From Methanotrichaceae archaeon (GTDB taxonomy: Archaea > Halobacteriota > Methanosarcinia > Methanotrichales > Methanotrichaceae): a DNA stretch of 64,000 nt. Positions 39,422-49,963 of the stretch are shown here, in pieces. The position numbers were made by a program, and so were the translations under genes. Position 1 is the first letter of the stretch. Each line of letters starts with the position of its first letter. The stretch covers positions 83,786-147,785 of the forward strand of contig CAWDLW010000027.1 in the NCBI GenBank assembly GCA_963803145.1. Reading direction: 5' to 3'. The notes below the pieces were generated by a model, which was not told where the DNA came from, ran no database searches, and was given only the letters and a program-made list of their open reading frames with translations.

Positions 39422-40096
39422 CTATTCTCCTGCGGCTCTTATTATCCAATTCACAGGGATTGTCGTATTTTTGGGCGTGGATATAAGTGCACGGTATAGC
39501 CGACCTGTAGATTTATCATAGTAATATGAGTTGCCTGTTGCATTTTGTATCTCCGTCAGCAGAAGGAGCTCCGAGTAGCCATAGAAGCAGACGAAGAAGT
39601 TATCATTTACTATCATTGCAGGTATTTCTATATCTGCCCACTTGATCTCTTTAGTTCCTTGCGGATGGGTGAAGTACGGTAGCTGGGTATCCGAATAATG
39701 ATACAGAAGCCTGCCCTCTTTATCACGAATTTCGATGGCAAACGGCAATGGCACTGGATTTCTTTTACTGCTCAAATTCCATCCATCTGTAGCCATTACT
39801 AAAACATGTTCGAGCTTCCATCCCGGCTTTGGCGGCTTGAACTCAACCGTCTGAGCTGTGGCGACGAGGGGTGATGCTTGAAGGGTAACATTCATCTTTG
39901 TGAAATTGGTTCCGCTGTCTTGCTTCAATATAGTAATATTTTCTACAGGTGCAGTTGCCAGCTTAGTATTACCGATGGGTGATGGTATGGGTGGTGGTGT
40001 CTTTATCGGTAACTTAGCAGGCGTATTTACAACTGGGGCACCATAACAGAGGGCTATGCAGAGTAGCATTGCTATAATTAAGATCATCTTTTTCAA
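39422..40096 (-). CDS. Secreted hypothetical protein (paralogue of 40338-40958)
   Basis: Signal MKKMILI; shared F..PK.G.KL..V....DG.N, A.E.RD....LLY...DTQ.PY, F..CF and PVNWI. Confidence 0.75.
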   Translation of the reverse strand: MKKMILIIAMLLCIALCYGAPVVNTPAKLPIKTPPPIPSPIGNTKLATAPVENITILKQDSGTNFTKMNVTLQASPLVATAQTVEFKPPKPGWKLEHVLVMATDGWNLSSKRNPVPLPFAIEIRDKEGRLLYHYSDTQLPYFTHPQGTKEIKWADIEIPAMIVNDNFFVCFYGYSELLLLTEIQNATGNSYYYDKSTGRLYRALISTPKNTTIPVNWIIRAAGE

Positions 40097-40337
40097 GAGA
40101 TCACCTAAGTATAGAAGTAGCGCCTATCAATATATAGCTAGTGCTAAAAGGATAAGGTTATTAGCCCTTAAAATCGCAACCACAGAAACTGAAAGATAAT
40201 CAGAATCGGATAATCTCGTTGCAGGAAATGATGCTGATGCAGATTACAACAGAAGATAACAGAGAAAAATATCAGCGACAGGCTGGCGTAAGATATCCTC
40301 TTTTCGCCAACCTGGCCTGCAGGCTATTACCTTAGCC

Positions 40338-40958
40338 TTAGCTTCCGACAACAGACATTATCCAGTTTACAGGCGCTGTCTTGGTCGCGCTTACCGGTAG
40401 ACTGGCCGGGCCTAATGTTACTTCTGCCTCATTGAAGATAAAGGAGCTATTGGTCGATTTATTCTGTAATTCAGAGCCCACTGCGACGGCTCCTCTATCG
40501 AAGAAGCAGATGTAAAACTCACCGCTTACTGGCACAGATGGCAGCTCAATACTGAGCAGCGTCGGCACAGTGAGGTTGAGCAGGAAGTTTGTATAAGGTA
40601 TCTGAGTATCTGCGAACCTATAAAGCAGATTAAACTTACTATCTCGTACTTCAAGGGCAATTATCCTTTGCGTTGGTATAGAGCTAGCTGTACCATTGAA
40701 CCCATCATAGCCCAAAATATTCACTCTAGTCAATTTGTAGCCAGACTTTGGTGCTGTGAACTTGGTTACTTCAGCTGTAGCAAGTCCGGGTACACCTATA
40801 TACCTAACTAAAGTTGTGTAATTGATCTGGTTTTCCAAGACCATTTGAGTAAGATTTCCTTCATATGACTTTAATACCTGAGCTTCGACGGCGGGAGATA
40901 TGCTGATCAAAGATAACATTGCAAGACATAATATAGCTATTAAGATCATTTTTTTCAT
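40338..40958 (-). CDS. Secreted hypothetical protein (paralogue of 39422-40096)
   Basis: Same motifs as its neighbour; ATG 40958 follows a GGTGA RBS. Confidence 0.75.
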   Translation of the reverse strand: MKKMILIAILCLAMLSLISISPAVEAQVLKSYEGNLTQMVLENQINYTTLVRYIGVPGLATAEVTKFTAPKSGYKLTRVNILGYDGFNGTASSIPTQRIIALEVRDSKFNLLYRFADTQIPYTNFLLNLTVPTLLSIELPSVPVSGEFYICFFDRGAVAVGSELQNKSTNSSFIFNEAEVTLGPASLPVSATKTAPVNWIMSVVGS

Positions 40959-41278
40959 ATGATCACCCCAGCAAGGGATTATTTGCCAACCCATATATAG
41001 ATAATGGCGCAATGTTTATTTAGCGGATTTATCCTGACTAAAATAGAATCTTAGATATAGCTTAGCAGCAACTCTATTGGTATTTATTAAAGGTAAAATT
41101 AGTAAGATATTTTCCATAGCGAATGCGCGACCAAAAGATTATTTTAATTCGATATAAAATATTTTAGGGTGCTTGGCATAACTTTTTGTTCAATAGTAGC
41201 ACTTCCTCATAAAAGATAAGGTTTATTAACCTGTAGACCAAGCTTATCTTGGTCCAATTATATCCTTGTGGAGACCTG

Positions 41279-42217
41279 ATGATACCCGAATGGATGAAGG
41301 ATGTGGATAATGGCCCTTGCAGATGCAGCGCAGTATCGGGCGGCAAGAAGAGCTTTATTCAGAAGACGCTCGACGGCATATTCTCCTTTTTCCTGGAATC
41401 GTTTACGGCCTCAGGCTTCTCCCAAAGGGACGGGCTGCTTCAAGGCATTGATCCTAGGGTAAAGCTTGTCTCTATACTTGCTCTGGTCTTCGCATTAAGT
41501 TTGACCAGGGATATAAGAATATTAGTAATAGTATACTCTTCAGAGCTTGTGCTCTCTTTTGCAAGTAAAATAGAAATTGGGTTCTTCATTAAGCGCGTCT
41601 GGCTATTTATACCACTTTTCACTGGTGTAATTGCAGTGCCCATGATCTTCAACGTATTCCTGCCGGGGGACCCACTTGTTATAATAACGTATCTCGGTAC
41701 AGGCGCTCACCTTGGGCCTATAACGCTCCCTGAAAGCATTTACATAACAAGGCAAGGCACTCAAGCGGCAGCAATATTTATTATGCGTGTTGCCGCCTCA
41801 GTCTCGGCGGTGGTGCTGCTTTTCCTCACAACCAGGCAGCAGCTTCTCTTCAAATCATTGAGATCTGTGGGAGTTCCAAAGCTCTATGTCCTCACGCTTG
41901 AGATGGCCTATAGATACATCTTCCTGCTCATGGATCTTATAAGGGAGACCTATGTTGCAAAAAGGGCAAGGACGATAAAATCGAGGTCTATGTTTGAGGA
42001 GCAGAAATGGGTTGGAGGAAGAATTGGATATATTCTCATGAGATCTTTAAGCATAAGTGAAAATGTTCATTCAGCAATGCTTTCAAGAGGCTTCAGTGGG
42101 GATGCGAAGATGATAGAGGACTTTCACGTGAAAACAGGGGATTATATTGCAGGCATATCCACATTATTGCTGAGCTTACTACTGCTGCTGATATCTCAGA
42201 ACGTAATTATGATATGA
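41279..42217 (+). CDS. cbiQ: Co/Ni ECF transporter T component
   Basis: LQGIDPRVKL, YRYIFLL, A..ART and AMLSRGF motifs. Confidence 0.88.
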   Translation: MIPEWMKDVDNGPCRCSAVSGGKKSFIQKTLDGIFSFFLESFTASGFSQRDGLLQGIDPRVKLVSILALVFALSLTRDIRILVIVYSSELVLSFASKIEIGFFIKRVWLFIPLFTGVIAVPMIFNVFLPGDPLVIITYLGTGAHLGPITLPESIYITRQGTQAAAIFIMRVAASVSAVVLLFLTTRQQLLFKSLRSVGVPKLYVLTLEMAYRYIFLLMDLIRETYVAKRARTIKSRSMFEEQKWVGGRIGYILMRSLSISENVHSAMLSRGFSGDAKMIEDFHVKTGDYIAGISTLLLSLLLLLISQNVIMI

Positions 42218-42254
42218 TCAGGACGTGATTATGATACAATCAGAACGAGATGAC

Positions 42255-43088
42255 ATGGACGACGCCATTTTTGATCTGAGAAATGTTTCCTACTCATATC
42301 TTGGGAAGATCGATGCACTGAAGGATATCTCCTTAGAGATACGCCAGGGTGAGCAGGTTTGCATCATGGGGGCTAATGGCAGCGGCAAGTCAACCCTTCT
42401 ATGGATACTTGATGGCCTCGTCTTTCCTACGTCCGGCGAATACCGAGCTTTTGGAGTCCCAATAACTGAGAGTATCTTCGATTCCATAGAGGATAATGAG
42501 TTCAGGCATTATTTCAGGAAAAAGGTGGGCTTCGTCTTCCAGAACTCCGATGTGCAGCTATTCTCTCCCACAGTCTTCGAGGAGATAGCCTTTGGACCGC
42601 TACAGCTCGATCTCTCAAAAGAGGAGGTAAGGTCTAGAGTCGAGGCGATCATGGGGATGATGGATATTGTCCGCCTTAGAGACCGTGCGCCCCATACGCT
42701 GAGCGGCGGAGAGAAGAAGAAAGTCTGCATAGCCTCTGTGCTTGCAACAAATCCCGACGTTCTTCTTCTAGATGAGCCAACTGCTGGCCTCGACCCAAGA
42801 ACAGAGCTCTGGCTAATTGAGCTACTCCAGGAGCTCGGAAAATCTGGAAAGACTATCATAACTGCAACACATGACTTGGATATCATAGAGCAGATCAGCA
42901 GCAGGGCTGTAGTCATGGGAGAAGATCATAGGATCAAGGTAGATAGAGAGACTCAGTCCGTCCTCAACGATCTTGAGCTTCTGCTTGCAGCAAACCTGAT
43001 CCATAAGCACATGCATCGACACGGCGCGATAGTTCATCAGCATCTTCATTCACACGAGATGGAGCACAGTCATGAGCATATGGCATAA
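42255..43088 (+). CDS. cbiO: Co/Ni ECF transporter ATPase with His-rich tail
   Basis: GANGSGKST, VFQNSDVQLF, LSGGEKKK and LLDEPT; tail HKHMHRH...HQHLHSHEMEHSHEH. Confidence 0.9.
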   Translation: MDDAIFDLRNVSYSYLGKIDALKDISLEIRQGEQVCIMGANGSGKSTLLWILDGLVFPTSGEYRAFGVPITESIFDSIEDNEFRHYFRKKVGFVFQNSDVQLFSPTVFEEIAFGPLQLDLSKEEVRSRVEAIMGMMDIVRLRDRAPHTLSGGEKKKVCIASVLATNPDVLLLDEPTAGLDPRTELWLIELLQELGKSGKTIITATHDLDIIEQISSRAVVMGEDHRIKVDRETQSVLNDLELLLAANLIHKHMHRHGAIVHQHLHSHEMEHSHEHMA

Positions 43089-43187
43089 AACTGATACTAT
43101 GGGTATCAATTAGGTCGTACAAAATCTACAAGACGAAAAGTTTTTTATTTCTCGTAAGCCAAGTCGCAGGGAAAGGAGGTATCCGGC

Positions 43188-43856
43188 ATAAAATCCCCCG
43201 CGTTTTTAACGATAGCTTCCGCGCTATTGTTATTGGCTACCAGCGTATCGGCATCAGGGAATAAACCAGCAGTCACGGCTGAGCAGGCAGTTCAGAAGCT
43301 CATGGAAGGCAATGCTCGATTTGTTTCAGGAACGGCAACACACCCAGATCAATCTGCAGAGCGCAGGGCTGAGGTCGTTTCTTCACAGCATCCATTTGCA
43401 GTCATCTTGAGCTGCTCTGATTCTCGAATTCCGCCTGAGGTTGTCTTCGACCAGGGGCTAGGAGATATATTCGTGGTCAGAACGGCAGGGCAGGTCATAG
43501 ACAATGTCGCTTTAGGCAGCATTGAGTATGCAGTTGAGCACTTGAGCGTACCACTTATCGTAGTTCTGGGCCATGATTCTTGCGGCGCTGTCAATGCTAC
43601 AGTTGCTGGAGGAAAGCCAGAAGGCCATATAGGAAGTCTGGTTGAGGCCATTAGGCCTGCCGTTGATGAGGCCAGGAATAAAATCAAATCTCAGGACCAG
43701 CTCCTAAATGTATCCATCGATAACAACACAAGAAACATAGTCAAATCGATCAACTCATCGAAGCCGATCCTCTCAGAGTATATCAAAAACGGCAAACTGA
43801 AGGTCATCGGGGCGCGCTATCATTTGGATAGCGGCAAAGTCGAGCTGATAACGTAG
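43188..43856 (+). CDS. Beta-class carbonic anhydrase with signal peptide
   Basis: LMEGNARF, CSDSR, GDIFVVRTAG and GHDSCGAV. The RBS-positioned codon is ATA at 43188; the first canonical start is TTG 43227. Confidence 0.88.
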   Translation: MKSPAFLTIASALLLLATSVSASGNKPAVTAEQAVQKLMEGNARFVSGTATHPDQSAERRAEVVSSQHPFAVILSCSDSRIPPEVVFDQGLGDIFVVRTAGQVIDNVALGSIEYAVEHLSVPLIVVLGHDSCGAVNATVAGGKPEGHIGSLVEAIRPAVDEARNKIKSQDQLLNVSIDNNTRNIVKSINSSKPILSEYIKNGKLKVIGARYHLDSGKVELIT

Positions 43857-44114
43857 GCATTTACTGAGCCCTGAAGGCCAACAGGCGCTCAGGCCTTTCA
43901 TTTTTGCAGCATTATAGATATAACCCGCGTATAGGGCGATATCCACCCCTATCTTTTTACCATATGGTTAATCAATGAAGATACAGAGCCGATTTGAAGA
44001 TATTCAGATCACCAACTCTTAAATAATTCCAGAGCCCTTTTATCCAGGAGGAAAGGTCCAAGGCTCGCTGCCAAATACCAAGAGCGCTTGGATATTCCGC
44101 CATGGAGTCACCTA

Positions 44115-45437
44115 ATGATCTATGAGATAGTGATCATACTGCTGCTGGTTCTGATCAACGGCATATTTGTCATGTCCGAGATCTCAATCGTTTCGGCTCG
44201 TAAGTTGAGGCTCCGGCAGCGCGCAGATGAGGGCGATGAGAATGCTAAAGCCGCTTTAGAGCTTGCAAGCTCACCCAATCGTTTCCTTTCTACAACACAG
44301 ATAGGCGTAACCTTGATCAGCATCCTTGCAGGCGCGTTCGGCGGTGCCACTCTTGCAAAACAGGTTGCTACCAATCTCGATATGATTCCTCAGGCCGAGC
44401 CTTACAGCGGCGTTCTGAGTGTAGCAATCGTAGTATTGGGGATAGCTTATCTAACTCTCGTCATAGGGGAGCTGGTTCCAAAAAGGATCGGTTTAAACAG
44501 CCCTGAAAGGATTGCATCCATGATGGCCACACCAATGAACATGATATCGAAAATAGCCTCACCTGTGATATTTATTCTCAGTGGATCTACAGACCTGATT
44601 CTCAGTATCCTGAAGGTAAAGCCTTCTGTAGAGCCTCCCGTAACCGAGGAGGAGGTCAAGATCCTGATTGAAGAGGGAACTCGTGCAGGCGTATTCGAGG
44701 AAACCGAGCAGGACATAATGGAGCGGGTATTCCGTCTGGGGGACAGGAGAGCAGATACAATTATGACGCCTCGCTCTGAGATCGTCTGGTTAGATGTAGA
44801 AGATACCCCAGAAGATGTCCAAAGAAAGATTGCCAGTGGCCCTTACTCCCTATTTCCAGTATGCAAGAGAAGGCTCGATAATGTTCTCGGCATCGTCCAG
44901 GCAAAGGATCTTCTTTCATGCAGCATTATGGATCTGAAGGTTGACCTGAAATCCTCGCTTCTTCCCCCGCAGTTCATACCTGAAAGCATGCGTGCACTTA
45001 GGGTCCTGGAGAGGTTCAAGCAGACAGGAATCCATCTTGCAATCGTCCTAGATGAATATGGCTCGGTAAGGGGAATAGTAACGCTTACCAATATTCTCGA
45101 GGCGATAGTCGGAGACATACCTCACATCCAAGAGCTTGCAGAGCCGCAGATTGTTCAGCGTGAGGATGGCTCATGGCTGGTTGATGGTATGCTTTCAGTT
45201 GAGGAGTTCAAGGAGGCTCTAAATATAGAGGAGCTGCCTGGGGAAGAGAACGGGTTCTACCAGACGATGGGCGGATTCATGATGGCACGCTTGGAGAAGA
45301 TTCCTATAACGGGAGACCTCTTCACATGGAATGGATATCGATTTGAGGTCGTCGATATGGACGGCCACAGGGTCGATAAGCTGATGGTTATGCCACTAAG
45401 CAAAGTAGATGGCCAAGAGGAAAAAAAATTAGATTGA
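44115..45437 (+). CDS. HlyC/CorC (CNNM-CBS) family transporter
   Basis: FVMSEISIVSAR, QIGVT, GELVPKRI, IMTPR, a CBS pair and a CorC_HlyC tail. Confidence 0.92.
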   Translation: MIYEIVIILLLVLINGIFVMSEISIVSARKLRLRQRADEGDENAKAALELASSPNRFLSTTQIGVTLISILAGAFGGATLAKQVATNLDMIPQAEPYSGVLSVAIVVLGIAYLTLVIGELVPKRIGLNSPERIASMMATPMNMISKIASPVIFILSGSTDLILSILKVKPSVEPPVTEEEVKILIEEGTRAGVFEETEQDIMERVFRLGDRRADTIMTPRSEIVWLDVEDTPEDVQRKIASGPYSLFPVCKRRLDNVLGIVQAKDLLSCSIMDLKVDLKSSLLPPQFIPESMRALRVLERFKQTGIHLAIVLDEYGSVRGIVTLTNILEAIVGDIPHIQELAEPQIVQREDGSWLVDGMLSVEEFKEALNIEELPGEENGFYQTMGGFMMARLEKIPITGDLFTWNGYRFEVVDMDGHRVDKLMVMPLSKVDGQEEKKLD

Positions 45438-45643
45438 ATCGGATGAAAAATGATCCGTTCTGACAAAATGATGTGACCGGATTTCCGATTGATAAATAGA
45501 CCCGATTCAATATCCTCAAATGGTTTGCTATAACCTTCAACATTAATTCAATTCTGTTGATAACACAAATCGATATAAGTATCGCCCATAAAATTCATAT
45601 ATTTTGGAACGTCATATAAGATGGATTAATTTTTAATAAGGAA

Positions 45644-45931
45644 GTGGTATCCTTGACAGGTAATTTTGAGCAGTACAGGAGAATGTTCAGACAATCGCAT
45701 GTAGAGAATCAACAGGCGCTGCTGGGCATCCATTTGTTGATATATGCCATAGTAAATACATTCTGGGTAATTCTGAATTTATCCCATGTGCCCCGAAGAT
45801 ACCGCTGGCTGATGCTTTATCCGATTATTGGATGGGGTGGATTGATATTCGTTCACTGGTGGTTCTATGTCAGGAACGCTGACCGGCTCTGCAAGCTCCG
45901 AGAAGAGATGGCAATCAGAATGGCCAGATGA
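45644..45931 (+). CDS. 2TM-domain small membrane protein
   Basis: IHL.IY..VN......N......W..YPIIGWG.....H motif. Confidence 0.8.
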   Translation: MVSLTGNFEQYRRMFRQSHVENQQALLGIHLLIYAIVNTFWVILNLSHVPRRYRWLMLYPIIGWGGLIFVHWWFYVRNADRLCKLREEMAIRMAR

Positions 45932-45976
45932 GGCCTGAGCCGAATAAGTTATTTTATAGATCCCAGAGGTGATTTT

Positions 45977-46276
45977 ATGCCAGGAGAGTTCGAGAACTAT
46001 AAGAGGTTTTTCAGAGATGCCCATGTAGACGCAGAGGAGAACCTCTTGGGTATACATGTGGTGATATACCTAGCTGTGAATTCATTATGGGTTATATTAA
46101 ATATGCTCTTTGTGCCTTCTAGGTATAGATGGATTGTGCTCTATCCCATCATAGGCTGGGGGGCAGTGCTCTTTGTACACTGGTGGTTCTATGTCAGAAA
46201 AGCCAGTATGCTCTGCAGGATGAAGGAGGCACGAATCGAGGAGCAGGTGGGATCAGGAGCTACCAAATCATCTTGA
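45977..46276 (+). CDS. 2TM-domain small membrane protein (tandem paralogue)
   Basis: Close match to the upstream ORF (LLGIH..IY..VN..WVILN...VP.RYRW..LYPIIGWG...FVHWWFYVR). Confidence 0.8.
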   Translation: MPGEFENYKRFFRDAHVDAEENLLGIHVVIYLAVNSLWVILNMLFVPSRYRWIVLYPIIGWGAVLFVHWWFYVRKASMLCRMKEARIEEQVGSGATKSS

Positions 46277-46423
46277 GATGGCTTTGTAACCCACTATTTA
46301 AATCCTTTATCCTGAAACTCCTTTTATCAAATCAATTACGGGATAAATCATCTGATCGATTTTCAATTTGTAGTTCCACAAAATTATTTATCTCTTGAGG
46401 TTCAGTTTCACTAGTGTGGTAAT

Positions 46424-46702
46424 ATGAAGTTTGAGCATATTGAAGGCAAAGATAAAGGCAAGATTATCCTCTATGCACTGAGCACCTGTCAATGGTGCAG
46501 GATGACCAGAGATCTTCTTTCGAGCTTAGGAGTGAAATATGATTATGTTTATGTTGATCTTCTGAAAGGAAATGACAGAGAGGAGGCCATAAACGGAGTC
46601 AAAAGCCTTAACCCAAGCTTATCTTTTCCAACAGTTGTGATAGGTGATAAAGCTATTGTTGGCTTCAGGGAGAAGGAGATAAGGGAGGCATTGGGTGCAT
46701 GA
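46424..46702 (+). CDS. Glutaredoxin/NrdH-like redoxin
   Basis: [18 protein letters not shown] and IVGF. Confidence 0.9.
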   Translation: MKFEHIEGKDKGKIILYALSTCQWCRMTRDLLSSLGVKYDYVYVDLLKGNDREEAINGVKSLNPSLSFPTVVIGDKAIVGFREKEIREALGA

Positions 46703-47220
46703 AGGAGGATGACTGGGCTCCATCTGATGAGGCGGTCGATAAGCTCTATGCAAAATTGAATAAGGACGCAGAAAAGGGCGGATACCATCTGAATCCAAGT
46801 GTTCAGTTTACAAAGGCTTTAGTTAGAGGGCTCCTGGTAAATGAGCACAGATATGGCTATATGTGCTGCCCCTGCAGGCTTTCTTCCGATAACAGAGAGG
46901 AGGATCTTGATATCATCTGCCCCTGCTACTACAGGGACCCAGATGTTATCGAGCATGGAGCCTGTTATTGTGCCCTCTATGTTTCAAACGATGTTCTCAT
47001 GGGCAAGAAAGAGCTTGGTCCTGTTCCCGAGAGAAGGCCGCCTCTAGAAGAGCGGCAAAAGCTAAAGGCATCGAGAGGAGAAGCATCGTCTATGCCGCAG
47101 AAGTTATCAGTGCCTGTCTGGAGATGTCTTGTCTGCGGCTATCTCTGCGGAAGGGATGGCCCGCCTGAGGTATGCCCAATATGCAAGGCTACTAAGGATA
47201 GGTTCAAGAGATTCATGTAG
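46699..47220 (+). CDS. Ferredoxin:thioredoxin reductase-like ferredoxin-disulfide reductase with C-terminal rubredoxin
   Basis: CPCR, ICPC and CYC motifs plus WRCLVCGY...PPEVCPIC. Confidence 0.9.
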   Translation: MKEDDWAPSDEAVDKLYAKLNKDAEKGGYHLNPSVQFTKALVRGLLVNEHRYGYMCCPCRLSSDNREEDLDIICPCYYRDPDVIEHGACYCALYVSNDVLMGKKELGPVPERRPPLEERQKLKASRGEASSMPQKLSVPVWRCLVCGYLCGRDGPPEVCPICKATKDRFKRFM

Positions 47221-47639
47221 CAGAGCTTTTTTATTTTTAAATGAATACCCCGCAGCTTGCAGCATAGGATAAATTACCGGTACTATACTCGTTTCAGCTT
47301 TGACCCTTCATCTTGTTTGTACGTTGAGATGGGAAACGCGAATTCCACCCGACTTTACTAGTTAGCTTTATACCTTTCATGGTTCCTTCCCCATTTAATG
47401 AATTTACAATAGTCGCTATAACATCATTCATTCCTTACTTGTTAATATTTCTATGAGGTAACCTAAATATTCTTCGATCGTTCAAAATTTGCATGGTGTA
47501 ATTTCATTATACATAAGCTGTGTTTGAAAATAATAATTGTTTTGACATAAGGTGTAATTAACAACATGATTAAAGGATTAATGAACAGAGATTTACAATA
47601 AAAAAATGTTTATATCGGCAGTAACAATAATCTATATCT

Positions 47640-49586
47640 ATGGCAGAATTTCCAATATTATTTTCTTCTGGTAAAATAGGTACACTTGCGACTAAAAACA
47701 GAATTGTTATGCCGCCCATGGTCCGCAACTATGCAGATGAAAACGGCTTTGTCACACAAAGGTACATTGCCCATATAGATCGCATAGCTCAAGGGGGTGT
47801 TGGGACCATGATTTTCGAAGCCTCTTTTATTCGACCAGACGGAAAGGGCTTTTCTCATGAGCTAGGCGTTTATACGGATGAGGCTATCCCAGGGCTCAGA
47901 CAGCTAGTAAATGCTGCCCATGCTTATGGAGTTGTGGTCGGACCGCAGCTCTTCCATGCAGGCAGACAGACCTCATCAAAAGTTACCGGCGTTCAGCCAA
48001 TTGCTCCTTCAGCAATACCCGATCCTACGACAAATGAGATTCCGAGAGCTCTGAAAGTTGATGAGATTCATGAAATTGTGAATGATTTCGCCTCAGCTGC
48101 CAGGCGCTCAAAGGAAGCGGGATGTGACTTCGTGGAGATTCACGGAGCCCACGGCTATCTGATAACGCAATTCCTATCTCCTTTCAGCAACTCCAGGAAC
48201 GATCAATATGGAGGCTCCGAGGAAGGCAGGATGCGCTTCATGTCAGAGGTGGTGCAGGCTGTAAGGAAAGCCGTCGGATCGAAATTTCCTATAATTATGC
48301 GCATATCAGCTAATGAAATGGTTGCAGGTGGCTTGACCCTTGAGGATAGTGCACATATCGCTAAGAAATTGGAGGAGCTTAGAGTGGCGGCCATTGATGT
48401 ATCATCGGGCAACTATGCATCCTTCAACCGCGGATACCTGATTGCCCCCATGTCAATGCCCGATGGACTACAGGTTCCGTTTGCGGAGTGGATCAAGAGC
48501 TGTGTAAAGATTCCTGTAATCGCTGTCGGGAAAATCCGGTCACCTGCCATGGCTGAAGATATCATCCGTACAGGCAAGGCAGATTTCGTGGCATTAGGTC
48601 GATCCCTTCTTGCTGATCCTGACTGGCCTAAAAAGGCGCAAGATGGCCGCGTAGATCTGATAAGAAGTTGCATTGCCTGCAATGAGGGCTGTATCACAAG
48701 ATTGTTTTCGAATCAGGATGTCTGGTGCACAGTTAACCCAGAGACGGGTCGTGAGAAGGAGTTCGCCAAACCTCTACCTGAGGTTAAAAGAAGCGTGATT
48801 ATTGCCGGAGGGGGGCCCGCTGGAATGGAGGCGGCAAGGATTGCAGCTTTAAGGGGCCATAAGGTGACGCTCTTCGACGAGCATGACCATCTGGGAGGCA
48901 CTCTCCTCCTAGCTGCTATGTTACCTAACAGACCCGGATGGTCTGAGCTGCGCGATTATCTGGTAGGAGAGATGAAGCGGCTAGGCATAAATATTCGCTT
49001 AGGGACAAAGGCTACGGCTGAGCTTGCAAAAAAAGAAGATGCTGAGGTCGCAATAATTGCCATTGGCGCCTCGCAGAATCCTCCAAAAATACCTGGGATC
49101 GAATTGAAAAACGTTGTATTGAGCCGCGACCTGCTTGATGGTAAGGCCAGAATTCGGGGCGAGAAAGTGGTCGTAATGGGTGGTGGCGCTTCAGGGGCTT
49201 TAATTGCAGATTATCTTTCTCACAGAGAATACGATGTCACCATTGTGACGTCTGGCAGAGAGATAGCTAAGGATGCCCCAGCTGTAATCCGTGATCTGCT
49301 ATTAGATCGGCTGCAACAGCGAAGAGTGAAGATGCTCACTAATACAAAAATACTAGGCATCGAGAAGGACAAGGTACTTATAAAAGGTCCCGGCGAATCG
49401 GAGGAGTTGCCTGGAGAGTTGCCAGCTGATACAGTGGTTGCAAGCACTGGTGCCAAATCCAATAACAGTCTTCCGGATGAGCTGCGAAAGTTCTTACCAC
49501 AGGTATTCGTAGTAGGAGATGCTGTGCAGCCACGAGATGTGACTTTTGCCATGGTTGAGGGAGCATTGTCCGCATTATCCATTTAA
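47640..49586 (+). CDS. NADH:flavin oxidoreductase (OYE / 2,4-dienoyl-CoA reductase-like)
   Basis: KNRIVMPPM, QLFHAGRQ, EIHGAHGYL, CIACNEGC (Fe-S) and GGGPAG. Confidence 0.92.
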   Translation: MAEFPILFSSGKIGTLATKNRIVMPPMVRNYADENGFVTQRYIAHIDRIAQGGVGTMIFEASFIRPDGKGFSHELGVYTDEAIPGLRQLVNAAHAYGVVVGPQLFHAGRQTSSKVTGVQPIAPSAIPDPTTNEIPRALKVDEIHEIVNDFASAARRSKEAGCDFVEIHGAHGYLITQFLSPFSNSRNDQYGGSEEGRMRFMSEVVQAVRKAVGSKFPIIMRISANEMVAGGLTLEDSAHIAKKLEELRVAAIDVSSGNYASFNRGYLIAPMSMPDGLQVPFAEWIKSCVKIPVIAVGKIRSPAMAEDIIRTGKADFVALGRSLLADPDWPKKAQDGRVDLIRSCIACNEGCITRLFSNQDVWCTVNPETGREKEFAKPLPEVKRSVIIAGGGPAGMEAARIAALRGHKVTLFDEHDHLGGTLLLAAMLPNRPGWSELRDYLVGEMKRLGINIRLGTKATAELAKKEDAEVAIIAIGASQNPPKIPGIELKNVVLSRDLLDGKARIRGEKVVVMGGGASGALIADYLSHREYDVTIVTSGREIAKDAPAVIRDLLLDRLQQRRVKMLTNTKILGIEKDKVLIKGPGESEELPGELPADTVVASTGAKSNNSLPDELRKFLPQVFVVGDAVQPRDVTFAMVEGALSALSI

Positions 49587-49617
49587 TTCTCAATATAATT
49601 TTTCAGGAAGTTTTGGG

Positions 49618-49734
49618 ATGAATCTTGAAGAGATGTCTGAAATAATGAAGAATGCCCTGGGAATAGAGGATAACATTGTGGGCGTGACCCTGTTCAAACG
49701 CGAGGAGGATATACCCAAGGATCTTATATCCTGA
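49618..49734 (+). pseudogene. DUF169-family N-terminal fragment
   Basis: MNLEEMSEIMKNALGIEDNIVGVTLFKREEDIP, then a stop after 38 codons. Confidence 0.55.
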
Positions 49735-49801
49735 CCAAAAAATCCATTTTAAACAATATATTTTTGAGCATAGAAAGTGATATTATTTATAAGGTGGTCA
49801 T

Positions 49802-49963
49802 TTGAGTGTCATAGATCCAACGTGCAAAATGGAGCTAGATGACAGGGAAGCTAAGTACAAGAAGGAATACCGCGACAAAACATACGTTTTCTGCAGCCTT
49901 TCCTGTAAGAAAAAGTTCGAGGCGAACCCGGAAAAATATCTTGGAAATTTAAGGGGGATCTAA
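49802..49963 (+). CDS. YHS-domain protein (53 aa, not in the ORF track)
   Basis: TTG start: SVIDPTCKMELDDREAKYKKEYRDKTYVFCSLSCKKKFEANPEKYLGNLRGI. The stop overlaps the next ATG. Confidence 0.85.
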   Translation: MSVIDPTCKMELDDREAKYKKEYRDKTYVFCSLSCKKKFEANPEKYLGNLRGI

